Source: Saccostrea cucullata
Lineage: Eukaryota
Assembly: GCF_032062105.1 (NCBI RefSeq)
Contig: NW_026935501.1
Location: 1 to 64,000 of the forward strand
Direction of reading: 5' to 3'
DNA length: 64,000 nt
Part shown: piece by piece, positions 29,401-41,561 of the stretch
How positions within the stretch are numbered: position 1 is the first letter of the stretch
How the letters are laid out: the number at the start of each line of letters is the position of its first letter
Notes under the pieces: model-generated
Databases searched by the model: none
What the model was told of the DNA's origin: nothing
What the model saw: the letters and a program-made list of their open reading frames with translations, nothing else
Translations under genes and position numbers: made by a program

Positions 29401-31470
29401 AAACTGTTTTCATTACTTGTGAAACAGATTTGAATGAGCTTGTACAGGAGAAATGACAGTGGTTTGTTCAGCTGAACTTGGGCTACTTTTAGAATCCGTG
29501 TTCGATTGTTCTTACTTTTAACATGTGGTTTACTTGACAATTTAGAATTTGTACAGATATTACAGTTATCAATATCGTTACATAAACATTGTAAATTGTT
29601 ACATTCATTACAAATAATGCTAATTTTTTTTTACTAGATTTCGAAAAAGATTTAGAATGGTTGTTGACGGCTACACATTCTTTGCCTGATACCTAGTACA
29701 TGTATGGAAGGATTTCGTCTTGTGTCCTAATTCCCCGCAATTCCAGCAGTCAAGCTTTCGTCCGTGCAATACAGTGGCGCGATGTGTGTCCGTGTTCACT
29801 GCAGAAGTAGCAAGTCACAGAAATAAATTTCGCATTGGAATCTGTAGTTCGACTGGAAATGCAAAATCGAAACTTCACTGTTAATCCGTAGAAAGAAGCA
29901 CTGCCGTCCCCTTGTCCGAAAGATGAATCCCGTCTTTCCAATAATGCATACGGTTTACCTCCTTGATTTCACTTATGTTAAAATAAATGAACCTCCATAT
30001 TCATCTGATACATATTTCAATGTGGTATTCACATGAGACACATCCACATCCCGTCTTGGTAATATTCGGAAAAATAAACTTTGGTTCCAAGAGAGCGATG
30101 TTTGATGTCGGTGATGATTTCTGCCGCATCATGTTCAATTACGTCCACGTCTCGATATATACAAAAAAAAACAGATGAGGCATCATTTCCCCCGGCTTGA
30201 ATGATGATGTGGGAATATTCTAATGCATTTATTTTGTGAATTTTTTCTTTGATTGGGATAGTTTAGCACCTCTAGGTAATCTCACATGAACACCCTTTTG
30301 TGAACCTCTGGTACTTACCCGTTGTAAGATTGAACTTCCAATTATAAGTTTTTTACTTCCGGGTTTTTCCAAATCATGGATCTTGCTGGTGTATGATGAT
30401 GGTCCTGTGATTCGGTGTTTGTACCAAATCAGCTGTGCATGTTGCTTTCTTTTCCGGTAAAGTTTCACACTGGGTGTGTCTTATGGATACGGAATTTGAT
30501 GGCACAGGATTCAAACCATGCACGTCTGTTTCTTTTTCTTCATAACCTTCATTGATGTCTGCGTGTTTTTGTTAAAGTTTGGTTTGCTGTGATCCTTGTC
30601 TTTTTGACATCTTAGTTTTCCTTTTAATTCATGCAATTCTTTGGCTAAATCACAAATTGATTGTTTTAAGGATTGGATTTTTATTTCAAAAACTGTTCAC
30701 AGTCATGTAAAACATCACTTGACGGACTGGTGTATCACAACTGAGAAGGCTTTTTAACTGGAGTTGATGCCATTTGTGGCGATGATTTCCCAGTGCATTA
30801 CTAATATTGTTAGTGTCCTTGCTCTGAAATGTCGTTGATGAATTTATTAAGGAAAGTGTCATAATTATTACAGGGGCATGTAGATTTATTATGGGGATTT
30901 GTGTTTAATTCAAGAGTAAGGTTTGTTTTTTAAGCTTGTGTGTGCTGTTATAATGTTTAACATTTAATATTTAAATATCTCTATTCCTTTTGCTTGTCCG
31001 ATATACATATATTCAAGCAATAGCAAAAAATTATGTTTGAAACGCTCCCCTTACACTTCCGTAGACAGAGTTAGAATTTATGAATCGTGTTGATATTGGA
31101 CTGGCACAAGTGAAAGACAAGGGTAAATTGAAGATATTCTGCGTGAATCTAAAAGAGAAGTATGTCTTCTAACTGAATTTTGCTGGGGGATCGTATGTAT
31201 TTTATCCGTTTTTGTATAAATCGCGATAAAGACCGTAAATACCCCTTCTTACGTTGGCCATTTTTTTATTGTAAAATATTTTCTTAAGAAGAAAAAGTTA
31301 AACCTGCCCCCAGCACTTTTTGAGTACCATGGATCACGATGAATAAGTCTATATAACAATCTTTGCACAATAATTGTGTTATGCACTTGTGCCGATGCGA
31401 TTCTTGTACAACATTTAAGAATATCAAAAATGTCCATTTTAAGCCTTCGGACAGCCTTATCATAATTGCG
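26233..31470. mobile_element. TIR-bounded non-autonomous DNA element (about 750 bp) hosting the LINE
   Basis: Left end cgcagc[t/g]aggataaggctgcccg (26233 and 20781) versus reverse complement of 31448-31470, cgcaattatgataaggctgtccg. Absent from the paralogous intron near 47083. Confidence 0.7.
26370..30849 (-). mobile_element. Degenerate CR1/L2-type LINE (ORF1 esterase + CCHC knuckles; ORF2 APE endonuclease + RT), probably 5'-truncated
   Basis: RT motifs [44 protein letters not shown]; APE remnants GGGILIYI and SDHYPV; ORF1 LIIGSSI..RGAK and CYFCSEHGHTSRHC; (ATT)n tail 26370-26400; 8-bp TSD AGGAAAGT at 26362-26369 and 30850-30857; many frameshifts. Confidence 0.93.
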
Positions 31471-31900
31471 TCATGCTGTGTAAACTTTTTCCGTATTACA
31501 TGTAGTTGAAATGTGAATTATCAAAAAATATCAGGAAACCCAAGCTGAAAAACAATGTTGAACAAATGTAATTATTGGATTTGTTTATTTAAAAAAAAAT
31601 AAGATAACTTTTCATGTACATAAGATGTATAATTAGAATTTTTATCAACTTGACAATAACAAATTTAATATCTGCTGAATACGTGAATGGTACCTGCAAG
31701 TGACATTCTTAAATATCAAACATATTTAATTAGCGTGGAATCAAAAACGTATACAGAAAAACAAAAAAAAAAAACACATCTTTCTCTTTTTTCAACACCT
31801 TTTTAACCTGCCGATAAAGAAAAGAATAATTATGAAGATATACGTAATTTGAACCTAATTTTAAGAACTTAACGTGAATACACTGACCTAAAGTTCCACT
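31471..31900 (-). pseudogene. Rest of FReD pseudogene intron 4 and the last few bases of exon 4
   Basis: Colinear with 47088-47498 and ends in GGAACTTTAG|gtcag. Homology stops there; exons 1-3 were not found. Confidence 0.75.
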
Positions 31901-32350
31901 TGCATAAAGCTCCTGGGTAAGATTCAACACAGTTTTGTGTGAAAAAAATCTCTTGAAAGTTAAGAAAAAATGAAAGGACATCATTTTTAAAACTGAACAA
32001 GTAGAAATTAAGTTGAAATAAAAAGAATTAAGTCAGTTTAGCTGTTATCATGTAAAGTACGTTAGGTACGTGAGTTATACAAAAGGTAAGATTTTAGGAA
32101 ATAAAAAGCATGCTTTATTATTTTTTTTTATCCATTATATGCATGTATAAAAATTTTCACGAGAAAATCTGATGTCAGGAACAAAACAGTAAGCGTATAT
32201 CTATCTTCCTATTGACTCTTAATATATCTCATATAATATATCATTACGCTAAAAAATGTCCTTCCTTTCTTCACAAAGTAAAGATTTCCGAATCACTTCG
32301 TTATACCGTATCTGTCATTATAACACCGCACTCTCTCTGTCTCTCTCCCC

Positions 32351-32400
<50 letters not shown>

Positions 32401-32539
32401 ACGAAACGCTTATTAAGTTCCTTTTGTTGGGATCTCTGATCATACTTGATCTATTCTTGTACTCTTATTGAATGGATCGTGGTTATTTATAGAGCGGTGT
32501 TTAATATGACGGCCGTCTGACAACCAGAATCTATCATTG

Positions 32540-33770
32540 ACGACTGACTCCTCTATCTCTCTCTTTCATTCTTTCTTTTCCCTCTCATTCTTTCTTCTCT
32601 CTCATTCTTTCTTACCACAATCATTCTTTCTTTTCTCTCATTCTTTCTTCTCTCTCTCCTTCTCTCATTCTTTTTTTTTCTCTCTCTCCCTCTTTTTCTT
32701 TCTTCTCTCTCTCATTCTTTTTTCTCTCTCATTCTTTCTAACCTCTCTCATTCTTTCTTTTCTCTCTCTCCTTTGTTGTCTCTCTCCTTTTTAGGTTCTT
32801 CCTCCAACTATCTCCTTCTCAGTGACGTAGCATCGTGTCTTAAAGTAACCTTAAAATAATCTTCCTGCCTGACAAACCAAAAAAAGTAAACCTGTTTAAA
32901 AAATATGAAATTCGGGGGAATTGGCATTTTTTTATTTTCAATACCAATTTCTTTTTCATATATAATACATTAGATGTACTCCTATTTGACCTTACTGCAA
33001 CAAAAAGTTGGGGAGACTTCCAGCCTTTCCATGTACATTGTTACTAGTAAAATTTAATGTATGGCGGAAGTAAGGGGGGGGGGTCCCCCTCGTGGCTTCT
33101 TAATCTTACTATGTAAATCTTTCTTTCTCTTATCTCTTTTCTCAATTCTTTTTTTCTCTCTCTTTTATCTTTCTTCTTCCTCCCTCCCTTTTTCTTCTTT
33201 TCTCTCCTATCTTACTTCTCCCCCTCCCTCCTATCTTACTTCTACCCCCTCCCTCCTATATCTTACTTCTACCCCCTCCCTCCCTGAAAAATACTTCCCC
33301 TCCCTCCTATGTTTACTCTACCCCTCCCTCCAATTTTTTTTTTCTACCCAATTTCTTTTCCTATATAATACTCTTCATTGTTACTTACTTCTACCCCCCC
33401 CTCCCTTCTTAATCTACCGTCTATGTAAATCTTTCTTTCTCTTATCTTACTACCCCCTCCCTCCTATCTTACTTCTACCCCCCTCCCTCCCTCCTATCTT
33501 ACTTCTAAATCCCTCAATATCTTTACCCCCTCCCTCCTATCTTACTTCTACCGATCTTACTTCTCTTTCCTCCTATCTTACTTCTACCCCCTCCCTCCTA
33601 TCTTACTTCTACCCCCTCCCTCCTCTCTTACTTCTACCCCCTCCCTCCTATCTTACTTCTACCCCCTCCCTCCTATCTTACTTCTACCCCCTCCCTCCTA
33701 TCTTACTTCTACCCCCTCCCTTCTCTATCTCTCTTTCTCGCTCTCACATCCCCCTCTCCCCTCTTATATT
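32540..33770 (+). repeat. Polypyrimidine low-complexity tract and 25-bp minisatellite (CTCCCTCCTATCTTACTTCTACCCC)n
   Basis: CT-rich 32540-32800; the 25-bp unit repeats from about 33200 to 33720. Confidence 0.9.
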
Positions 33771-34487
33771 TTTATACAGCAATTAAGATTGAATAAATCC
33801 AATGACTGAATAAAAAATTTAGTGGTAACTAAGTAAGATTACTGTTTTTTGTTAATGACAACACGTGTATTTCCTTTTAATGATGAAATTATTTTCTTGG
33901 TGTGATCCAGTCATACTGACTATTGTCATACTCCTCACCTTATGTTGCGGACAATACCGTCTGTTGTCACCTTGTACGGCCGCTTCGCGTGTTTTATGTA
34001 TACACGTGTTTTCAGGCACACGTAAAACACATGTAGCGGTAAATATTTATAATTTGAACATATTTATTGCTTTCTTTATTACAAAAGAGTCAGAAACAAG
34101 CTCTTACAACTTACAGGTTCTTCTAGTTTTCCTTAAAAACCGTTTGTGTTAAATTTCATTATTAAAAGGAAAAAAAAACACCCTTCATTGGCTAACAAAA
34201 CACAATATAATTACTCTCTTTTTTTTTTCATTAATTCGCTGTTATATTTTAAAATTTATTTATGATTGTTGAATGATATGTAAGAGAGAGGAAGGTGGAA
34301 GGGGAATTATGTCACCGAAGGGTTGCTCCTATAACCAGTACATACATATACAGTTACTGACATTGTCTGAGTAATAACACACTACATATACTCATATTAG
34401 CAAATTCCACAAGTGCATTTAATTGGTGAGAGATGAGCAATGAAATGCAAGAAGAGTTTCATTTCCTGATCTTTCTATCAATACGCA

Positions 34488-34737
34488 GCCGCCCGCTTGG
34501 TGCAGTGGTTACAACGTCAGTTCTAGAGTCGGGAAGTAAGGGCATCGATCCTTATGTCGCCGGTTCAAATCCCACTTTGGGACGTGGAGAACAGTTCCTC
34601 GGATTAGACCGTATAAACCGAGGTCCCGTGTAGCAATAGGTGCTCTAAAGAAAAGGATCCCTTCTGCTCAACCACCATTAGTGTCAAGGCTAGCTAGAAC
34701 AAAACTTGAAGCTCTCCACCGGCAACTGATGGCTTGA
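34488..34737 (+). mobile_element. tRNA-derived SINE, degraded 3' end
   Basis: A box TGGTGCAGTGG, B box GGTTCAAATCC, then the shared core cggattagaccgtataaaccgaggtcccgtgt. Confidence 0.8.
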
Positions 34738-34782
34738 TCGACAATGACTTTAATTGCCTTTAAAATGCTTATTTTTACTCGA

Positions 34783-34955
34783 CATAGGCGTCAGAATTGA
34801 TAGGGCTAGGGTGGGGGTGGGGGGCTAAGCCCCCACTCCCCATTCCTTTTGCAAAGATAGGCATGTAAAATTGGGAGTTACCTTTTTTGTTGGTTTAGCC
34901 CCCCACTTTCAATTGGCACCCTCCCCCCAATTTCAATTTGCTTCCAACGTCTATG
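34783..34955. mobile_element. MITE, TIR CATAGGCGTCGGAA family
   Basis: cataggcgtcagaa ... ttccaacgtctatg with 5-bp TSD CTCGA. Confidence 0.85.
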
Positions 34956-35613
34956 CTCGAAATAAAGTTTTTAAAAAATTTAAACATATAATTCTAGATC
35001 TAAACAAAACTGTAATTGAGAAAAAAAAATGACCTGATTAATATATACCTTAAAAACAAAAGATTTAGAAGCTAAATAATGCTAGTAAAAGTTAAATTAA
35101 ATTGCCGTTTTTATATTACCTAGGAAACAATGAGATGTACGCTAATGAGGAAAAACATTGTTTTAACAAAATAAAAACAGGCACTCTTTTGTCATCGGAG
35201 GTTGTTAAGGTGTTTAGAGGCCGCATTTCCGCGTAAATAAAAAGTCTCCTCGTATTATTTTTCAAAATAGTTTGTTACTAAGTTTTATTTCGTTGATAAT
35301 TGTTGTTCAAAATTGAAAGACACAAGTAAAATATCAACACTTCCTTTGGCATCAATCAGTCATTGCCTTTGAAATGCTTGTTAGAAGAAAAGCATATTGA
35401 TATCCTAGCAAGTTTGTGAAAAGGATGATGTAAATTAAACGCTAAACAATGGTTTTATTGTAAATGAAATATTTAAAACAACTCCTCCTTTTTTTTTAAA
35501 TAACTACAATCAATGACCTCAAATACACAAACTAAAACAATACCTGAGCTTTAGTCTTGCACAAAGCTCAAAGTTAACACATATCGCACTTTTTCCAGAA
35601 TTATTCTAAAATA

Positions 35614-35838
35614 CTGTATAAGTGGAAATTTTAGCGAGACGCAAATTTAACGATTTGTCCTTAAACACCGGTAATTTATTTTTTGCACGATGTTATCTTA
35701 GCGATTTAAAAATGCACAATAAAGAAGCTATTACAAATAAAACACAATTAATTTTTAGCGATATTCAATTTTAGCGAACTCGGCTCCCTCGCTAATAATG
35801 TCAAAATTAAATCCTCGCTAAAAATTCTACTTATACGA
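35614..35838. mobile_element. TA-flanked MITE
   Basis: gtataagtggaaattttagcgag ... ctcgctaaaaattctacttatac inverted ends with internal ttagcga repeats. Confidence 0.75.
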
Positions 35839-35924
35839 TATTAAATAGCACGATATATATGCATCTCATTTAGGAGAAATTTCATTTAAGATAATTATTC
35901 CAGAATAGCGTGATATACATTTCA

Positions 35925-36110
35925 ATGATTCAATATATTGTTCAACGTGCAGTGCTTCTCGAGAATTTTTCACTCATACGGAGAAGCCATCAATTACCAG
36001 TGGAGAGCTCCAAATTTTGTCCTATACTTAGCACTCAGAGACATTGAGCTTGATCACTTCCTTACTTTGCGACTCTATAGCAGACGCTCTAACCACTGCA
36101 CCTCGCGGGC
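35925..36110 (-). mobile_element. Internally deleted SINE (head joined to tail)
   Basis: 35925-36050 matches the SINE tails; 36051-36110 matches the head of the 34488 SINE. Confidence 0.7.
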
Positions 36111-36507
36111 GACTCTAAAGCAGATGTTCTATCCACTGTGTCATGCGGGCGACTCTAAAGCAGACGCGCTTTCCACTGCGCCCCGCGGGCGACTCTAAAG
36201 CAGACACTCTATCCACTTTGTTCTGCGGGTAACTCCAAAACAGACGCTCTTTCCACTGCGCCCTGCGGGCGACATAAAGCAGACGCTCTATCTTCTGCGC
36301 CTCGCGGGCGACTCTAAAACAGATCTCTATCCACTGCGCCTCGTGGGCGACTCTAAAGCAGATGTTCTATCCACTGTGCTTCGTGGGCGACTCTAAAGCA
36401 GACGCTCTATCCACTGTGCTTCGTGGGCGACACTAAAACAGACGCTATATCCACTGCGCCTCGCGGGCGACTCTAAAGCATACGCTATATCCACTGCGCT
36501 GCGCGGG
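36071..36507 (-). repeat. 11 x 40-bp tandem array derived from the SINE tRNA head
   Basis: Minus-strand unit GCCCGCGAGGCGCAGTGGATAGAGCGTCTGCTTTAGAGTC. Confidence 0.9.
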
Positions 36508-36704
36508 ATATTTAAACTTGTTAAAGAAAAGACAAGAATAGAATAACCTCCCTCTCTTTATGTCACATCATCATGTTTACACAAAAAAAAAGCTTGGTTT
36601 TAATTTTTATTCTTTCAAAGAAATTGACTGAAATCCTCTTCCTGACATTTAATAATTTACTTATTTACTCTTGTAGAAATACCCAATGCATTTTTTTCAA
36701 CGTA

Positions 36705-36759
36705 ATGTCAAGAGGCCTTCCGATTGTAGCAGTATCCCTACTGTGTTGGATTGTTACAG
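36705..36759 (+). CDS. Exon 1, signal-peptide-like segment of the CTLD-PR/SET gene
   Basis: ATG at 36705, basic residue then hydrophobic run (MSRGLPIVAVSLLCWIVT-VLIA), donor CAG|gtaaaa in phase 1. An AG acceptor at 36675-36676 suggests an upstream UTR exon. Confidence 0.75.
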
Positions 36760-39700
36760 GTAAAATAAATAAAAGCCTACCTTCCAAATTGTTAAGATTA
36801 ATGTAAAAGACAGAAAAGGGGAGGAGTCTTTAACTTTTGAATTTGTTGCAAATCGAGGTTTTGACTCTGTAAGGATTTTTTTTCTGAGGCAAAGACTTTC
36901 TCTGCCGTAAAAAGGAGGACAATTCAGTTCTCCAGAATACCAAACATTAATAATTTAATTCTATATGTAACGCGTCATTTGATTGGATACGGAATTTATT
37001 TTATATCTTCTAACATAAGTTGCCTACGTCACACGATATTATTTGTCAAACGTATGACGTTACTTTTAAAATATGCTCAGTCTGAAACCATTTTTTGGGG
37101 AAGAAAAAATGTCTTATCGTCTGGACTGAAATTAAATGATACAGAATGAAGCATATTTCAACCTTTGTTATACTCTATATCAAAATGTAGGACTATACAC
37201 GCAAATTGCCTGATTGATTGATTGTTTGTATACTGTTTAACGTCCCTCTCCAGAATATTTCACTGATATGGAGACGTCACCATTGCCGGTGAAGGGCTGC
37301 AAATTTAGGCCTATGCTCGGCACTTACGGCCTTTGAGCAGGGAGGGATCTTTATCGTGCCACACCTGCTGTGACACGGGGCCTCGGTTTATACGGTCTCA
37401 TCCGAAGAACCGCCCCATTTAGTCGCCTTTTACGACAAGCAAGGGGGTACTGAGTACTTATTCTAGCCCGGATCCCCACGGGGCAAATTGCCTGAAGTTA
37501 TGTATAAGTGTATAACATAGGTTAAAAAATAAGCTTGATTCCTTAAATATTATCACTGAAATTGTATCATATTTACCATGGCTCATTGACGTGTATTGAA
37601 GTACATGAAACTTTATATAATTACATGACTCTTTATAAAATGTGAAAACATAAAATTGTGTGAGTGGGAATGAGTTAAAGTTAAAAACATAATCTTGAAA
37701 ACAATAATACTTTTATAAAATTTATATCATATGACAGTTTTGATCGCCATTAATTCGGAACCTTTGAAATGTTCCCCTGGAATTTCCGGATCCGATGTCT
37801 TGAGATGCTCCCCGGGATTTGTCAATGTGAGTGGTTGGTGTTTCTCCTTCCACAAGGAACCGACGTCCATGTTGAATTCTAGTGACTTTTGTCATCAGCA
37901 GGGGGCTCACATGGTCGTCCTAGATTCGGAGGAGAAAGAAAAAGTACTCACCAAATATATTGAAAGTAAGAGATCAGTAGTGGATGTAACTTAAAACAAA
38001 ATCCAGAAAACGAAGATTTTTATTTGTTAATTTCTGGCTGCTGTAGTTGAGACGTCATTATACAATGAATTTAATTTATTAAAAAAACTATTTATCTTAC
38101 AACCTGAACCGTATAATAGTGTCTAGGTTTAAAATCTAATTAATGTGAACACTCCTTCTGAATTACTTACTGCTGAGACGATAAAATGCATTAAATTGCC
38201 GTGTAGATCTAAGGTTACATAACCATTAAACACATATGTAAGAGGAAAATTGATTGGAAATTACTTATAGCCAAGTTTATACTGGAAATAAAATAATATA
38301 TTTTTTGTCGCTTCAGAGATGAATTTTTTCAACATANNNNNNNNNNNNNNNNNNNNNNNNNNNNNNNNNNNNNNNNNNNNNNNNNNNNNNNNNNNNNNNN
38401 NNNNNNNNNNNNNNNNNNNNNNNNNNNNNNNNNNNNNNNNNNNNNNNNNNNNNNNNNNNNNNNNNNNNNNTAAGGATAAACGTGTTTTTCATTAAATCCT
38501 CAGAAATGCTTTTGCTCTGAATTCACCAGCTGCAGAAATGTAGCCCTCTTATTAAGAAAATTCGAAAGTACATCGAATGCTGTACAAGAATCTGTGGTTC
38601 TCTGGTTTATCTGTTCAACTTTTCCTTTATCTCTGCCACAGTCTTCTAACGGGCTGAACCTGCATCATTCTTCCACATTAACAGAAATTTATTATATTAA
38701 CAGGAACTTTATCATATTTACTGGAACTCGTTTTCATTAACAGGAACTCTATAACAATAAATGGGACTCTTACAATGAAAGAAATTCTATGACATGAACA
38801 GGAACTCGATTACATGAACAGGAACTCTATAACAATAATAGGAACACTGTTACACGAACAGGAACTCTATTACATAAACAAAAACTCTATTACAATAAAG
38901 GGAATTCTATTACACGAACTCTATAAAATGAACAGGAACTCTATTACATCAACAAAAACTCTATTACAATAAAAGGAATTCTTTTACACAAACTCTATTA
39001 AATGAACAGGAACTCTATCACATCAACAAAAACTCTATTACAATAAAAGGAATTCTATTACAAGAACTCTATTTCATGAACAGGAACTCTATTACAATAA
39101 CAGGAACTCTATCACATTAACAGGAACTCTATTACATTAACAGGAACTCTATTACAATAACAGGAACTCTACAATAACAGGAACTGGAACACTATTACAT
39201 TATTTAACAGTAATTCTATTACATTAAACTCTATTACAATAACAGGAACTCTATTACAATAACAGGAACTCTATCACATGAACAGGAACTCTATAACATG
39301 AACAGGAACTCTATTACATTAACAGGAACTCTATTACAATAACAGGAACTCTATTACAATATCAGGAACTCTATTTACTATCATTATTATAACTCTCTTA
39401 TTATCATTATTAAATTTATTGGAACACTATTACATTAGCAGGAACTGCATTATTTTAACAGTAATTCTATTACATTAACAGGAACTCTATAAGATTGCTC
39501 AGAGGGAATGGGACATTGAGGCTGAGAAGAAAAACTGTAAGTATTAGTGTTCACCAACAGCCTGATAGGAGAGATAACTCTTACTATAATGAGTGTTTGT
39601 TTGTTGCTTTTTTTTAAAGAAAAGGATCAAATAAAATGTCCTTGTCTTTCAGTTTGTACATATTTTAATCATAAATTAGATTTTTATTAGAAAATGTCTC

Positions 39701-41493
39701 TAAAAGTAAAGGAAATACAGATAAAAATGAATCAGATACTAGTAAAATGCCTTATTTACATGTAATGATAAGTTTGATAAAAGTCTACCTCTCAAATAAA
39801 GACGGTGATAATACACACTTAAATTGTCAGAGTGCTTCCATGGATAGACACTTTAAACGTTTGTTATGCTAAAAAGATATTGTTTTAACCATGTTTGGGT
39901 TTTTTTTTTTAATATTTTGTCTTATAAAGTTTTAAATTCATTTTATATCAGGGGAAAAAATATGCTTGCAAAGTAAGAACAATATTCTAAGTGTATTTAT
40001 TTTCTCTCCTCAGTTTGTGCAGATTTCATAAAGCATGGTGTACAAAGTTCTAAATATAAACACATTCCTAATGCTAAGGTATGTACAGCAAAATAAAAAA
40101 AATGCATCGTTTAGAGTTTGTTTCACGATACATATTAGAATGCTAAAAATGTCGTATCTTAAATATCTATACAGGCAACACTTCAACACAAAAATACACT
40201 AAACTGGTTGGTAGACTAAAGGTCTATGATAGGTGGCATAAGGAACTCTTTAATGTGCAGTGTTTAGAGCTTCCTTAATGTTAGACCTCTACCATTAAGT
40301 TTCCCTTAAGTAGAGTTTCACTGACTTTGTTGTTGTCTAAATGTTATATTAGTAGTTAGATAAATCATGTAAGAAGTTAATATTATACTTAAAATCATGT
40401 GTCCTTGACCTCTGTTTCGTGTCCTTGACATTATCTTGTACATGTAAGATTCCTCTAGGTTCCCTGCCTCACCAGAGAGCTAATCTGACCACGCCCGCAG
40501 GATTCGCCATCAAATCTTCGTCACTTCCGGGAGCGGGGATGGGCGCATGGGCGGAGACCTTTGTTCCGAAGTTCACGATCCTCGGTGTATATGAGGGACT
40601 TATTCACACTGTAGACAAGAAAGATGATTTCTATTCATGGCAGGTAAAATCACACAAAGAATCAAACAAAATGAAAACGAATCGCAGTTGCATATATTAG
40701 TTACATATTCCTAGACCCCTGTCATTGAAACCAGATGGACTAAAAATTTCCTCTGCTTTCGTCCCTCCCTGTCCGCCTGTTTATCCGTTTGACTAGCTTC
40801 TGTGTATGTTGCTTGACTTTGATGAGTTATAGATAAATTTTTATTTTTGATCCACTTCAGTGATTTCTGATAAAATTTTCAATTTTAGAGGAAACCAGAT
40901 TACACGGTAGGGGACTAGTATTGCTAATGTAACACTCTCACAACGCTTTATTTTTTAGATTCTTTTAATCCCTAAATATTCATTACCTCAAAGTTATTTT
41001 GATCAACATGGATCTGATTGTCATCAAGTATAAAATATATAATATATTCTGAACTACAATTCATTCTTAAGCATTATGATCTTATTGTTTTCAAAGGTAG
41101 ATAAGCAGGGGACCGATGGTACTTACAACATAGATGCAGAAGATCCGGCCTGTAGTAACTGGTTACGATTCGTTAATTCTCCCGCCAAATATCAACAGGA
41201 AAATGTCGTTCCTATCACGTGCGAGGGCATCATCTTCTATATGACGTCACGTGATATAGAGCCGGGTGAAGAGCTTCTTGTCTGGTATGGGGACGGATAT
41301 GGGAGGTTTTTAGGCGTAAACCGCATACATCCGGGTAATGAAACAATACATTTTATGGTTAATTGTTTCCATCCGGGTATTTAAACAATCTTCTTATCAG
41401 ATAACTTGACCATATACAATGTGGTCATTAAAACATTTTTATGCCCGCGTGAACAAAGTTTCGAGGGTTTATAGTGTTTGTCGTGTCCGTCCC

Positions 41494-41561
<68 letters not shown>

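Noticed and set aside
32212-33786. Leu/Ser/Pro/Phe-rich ORFs up to 241 aa
   Set aside because: Translations of CT-rich low-complexity DNA and a 25-bp minisatellite.
34488-34585. Possible tRNA gene (also 63245-63317)
   Set aside because: A/B boxes run straight into a SINE core, with no clean acceptor stem; these are SINE heads.
40449-41334. Calling the locus PRDM9
   Set aside because: Only the PR/SET region is similar. No KRAB, SSXRD or zinc-finger array is present and orthology is untested, so no symbol was assigned.
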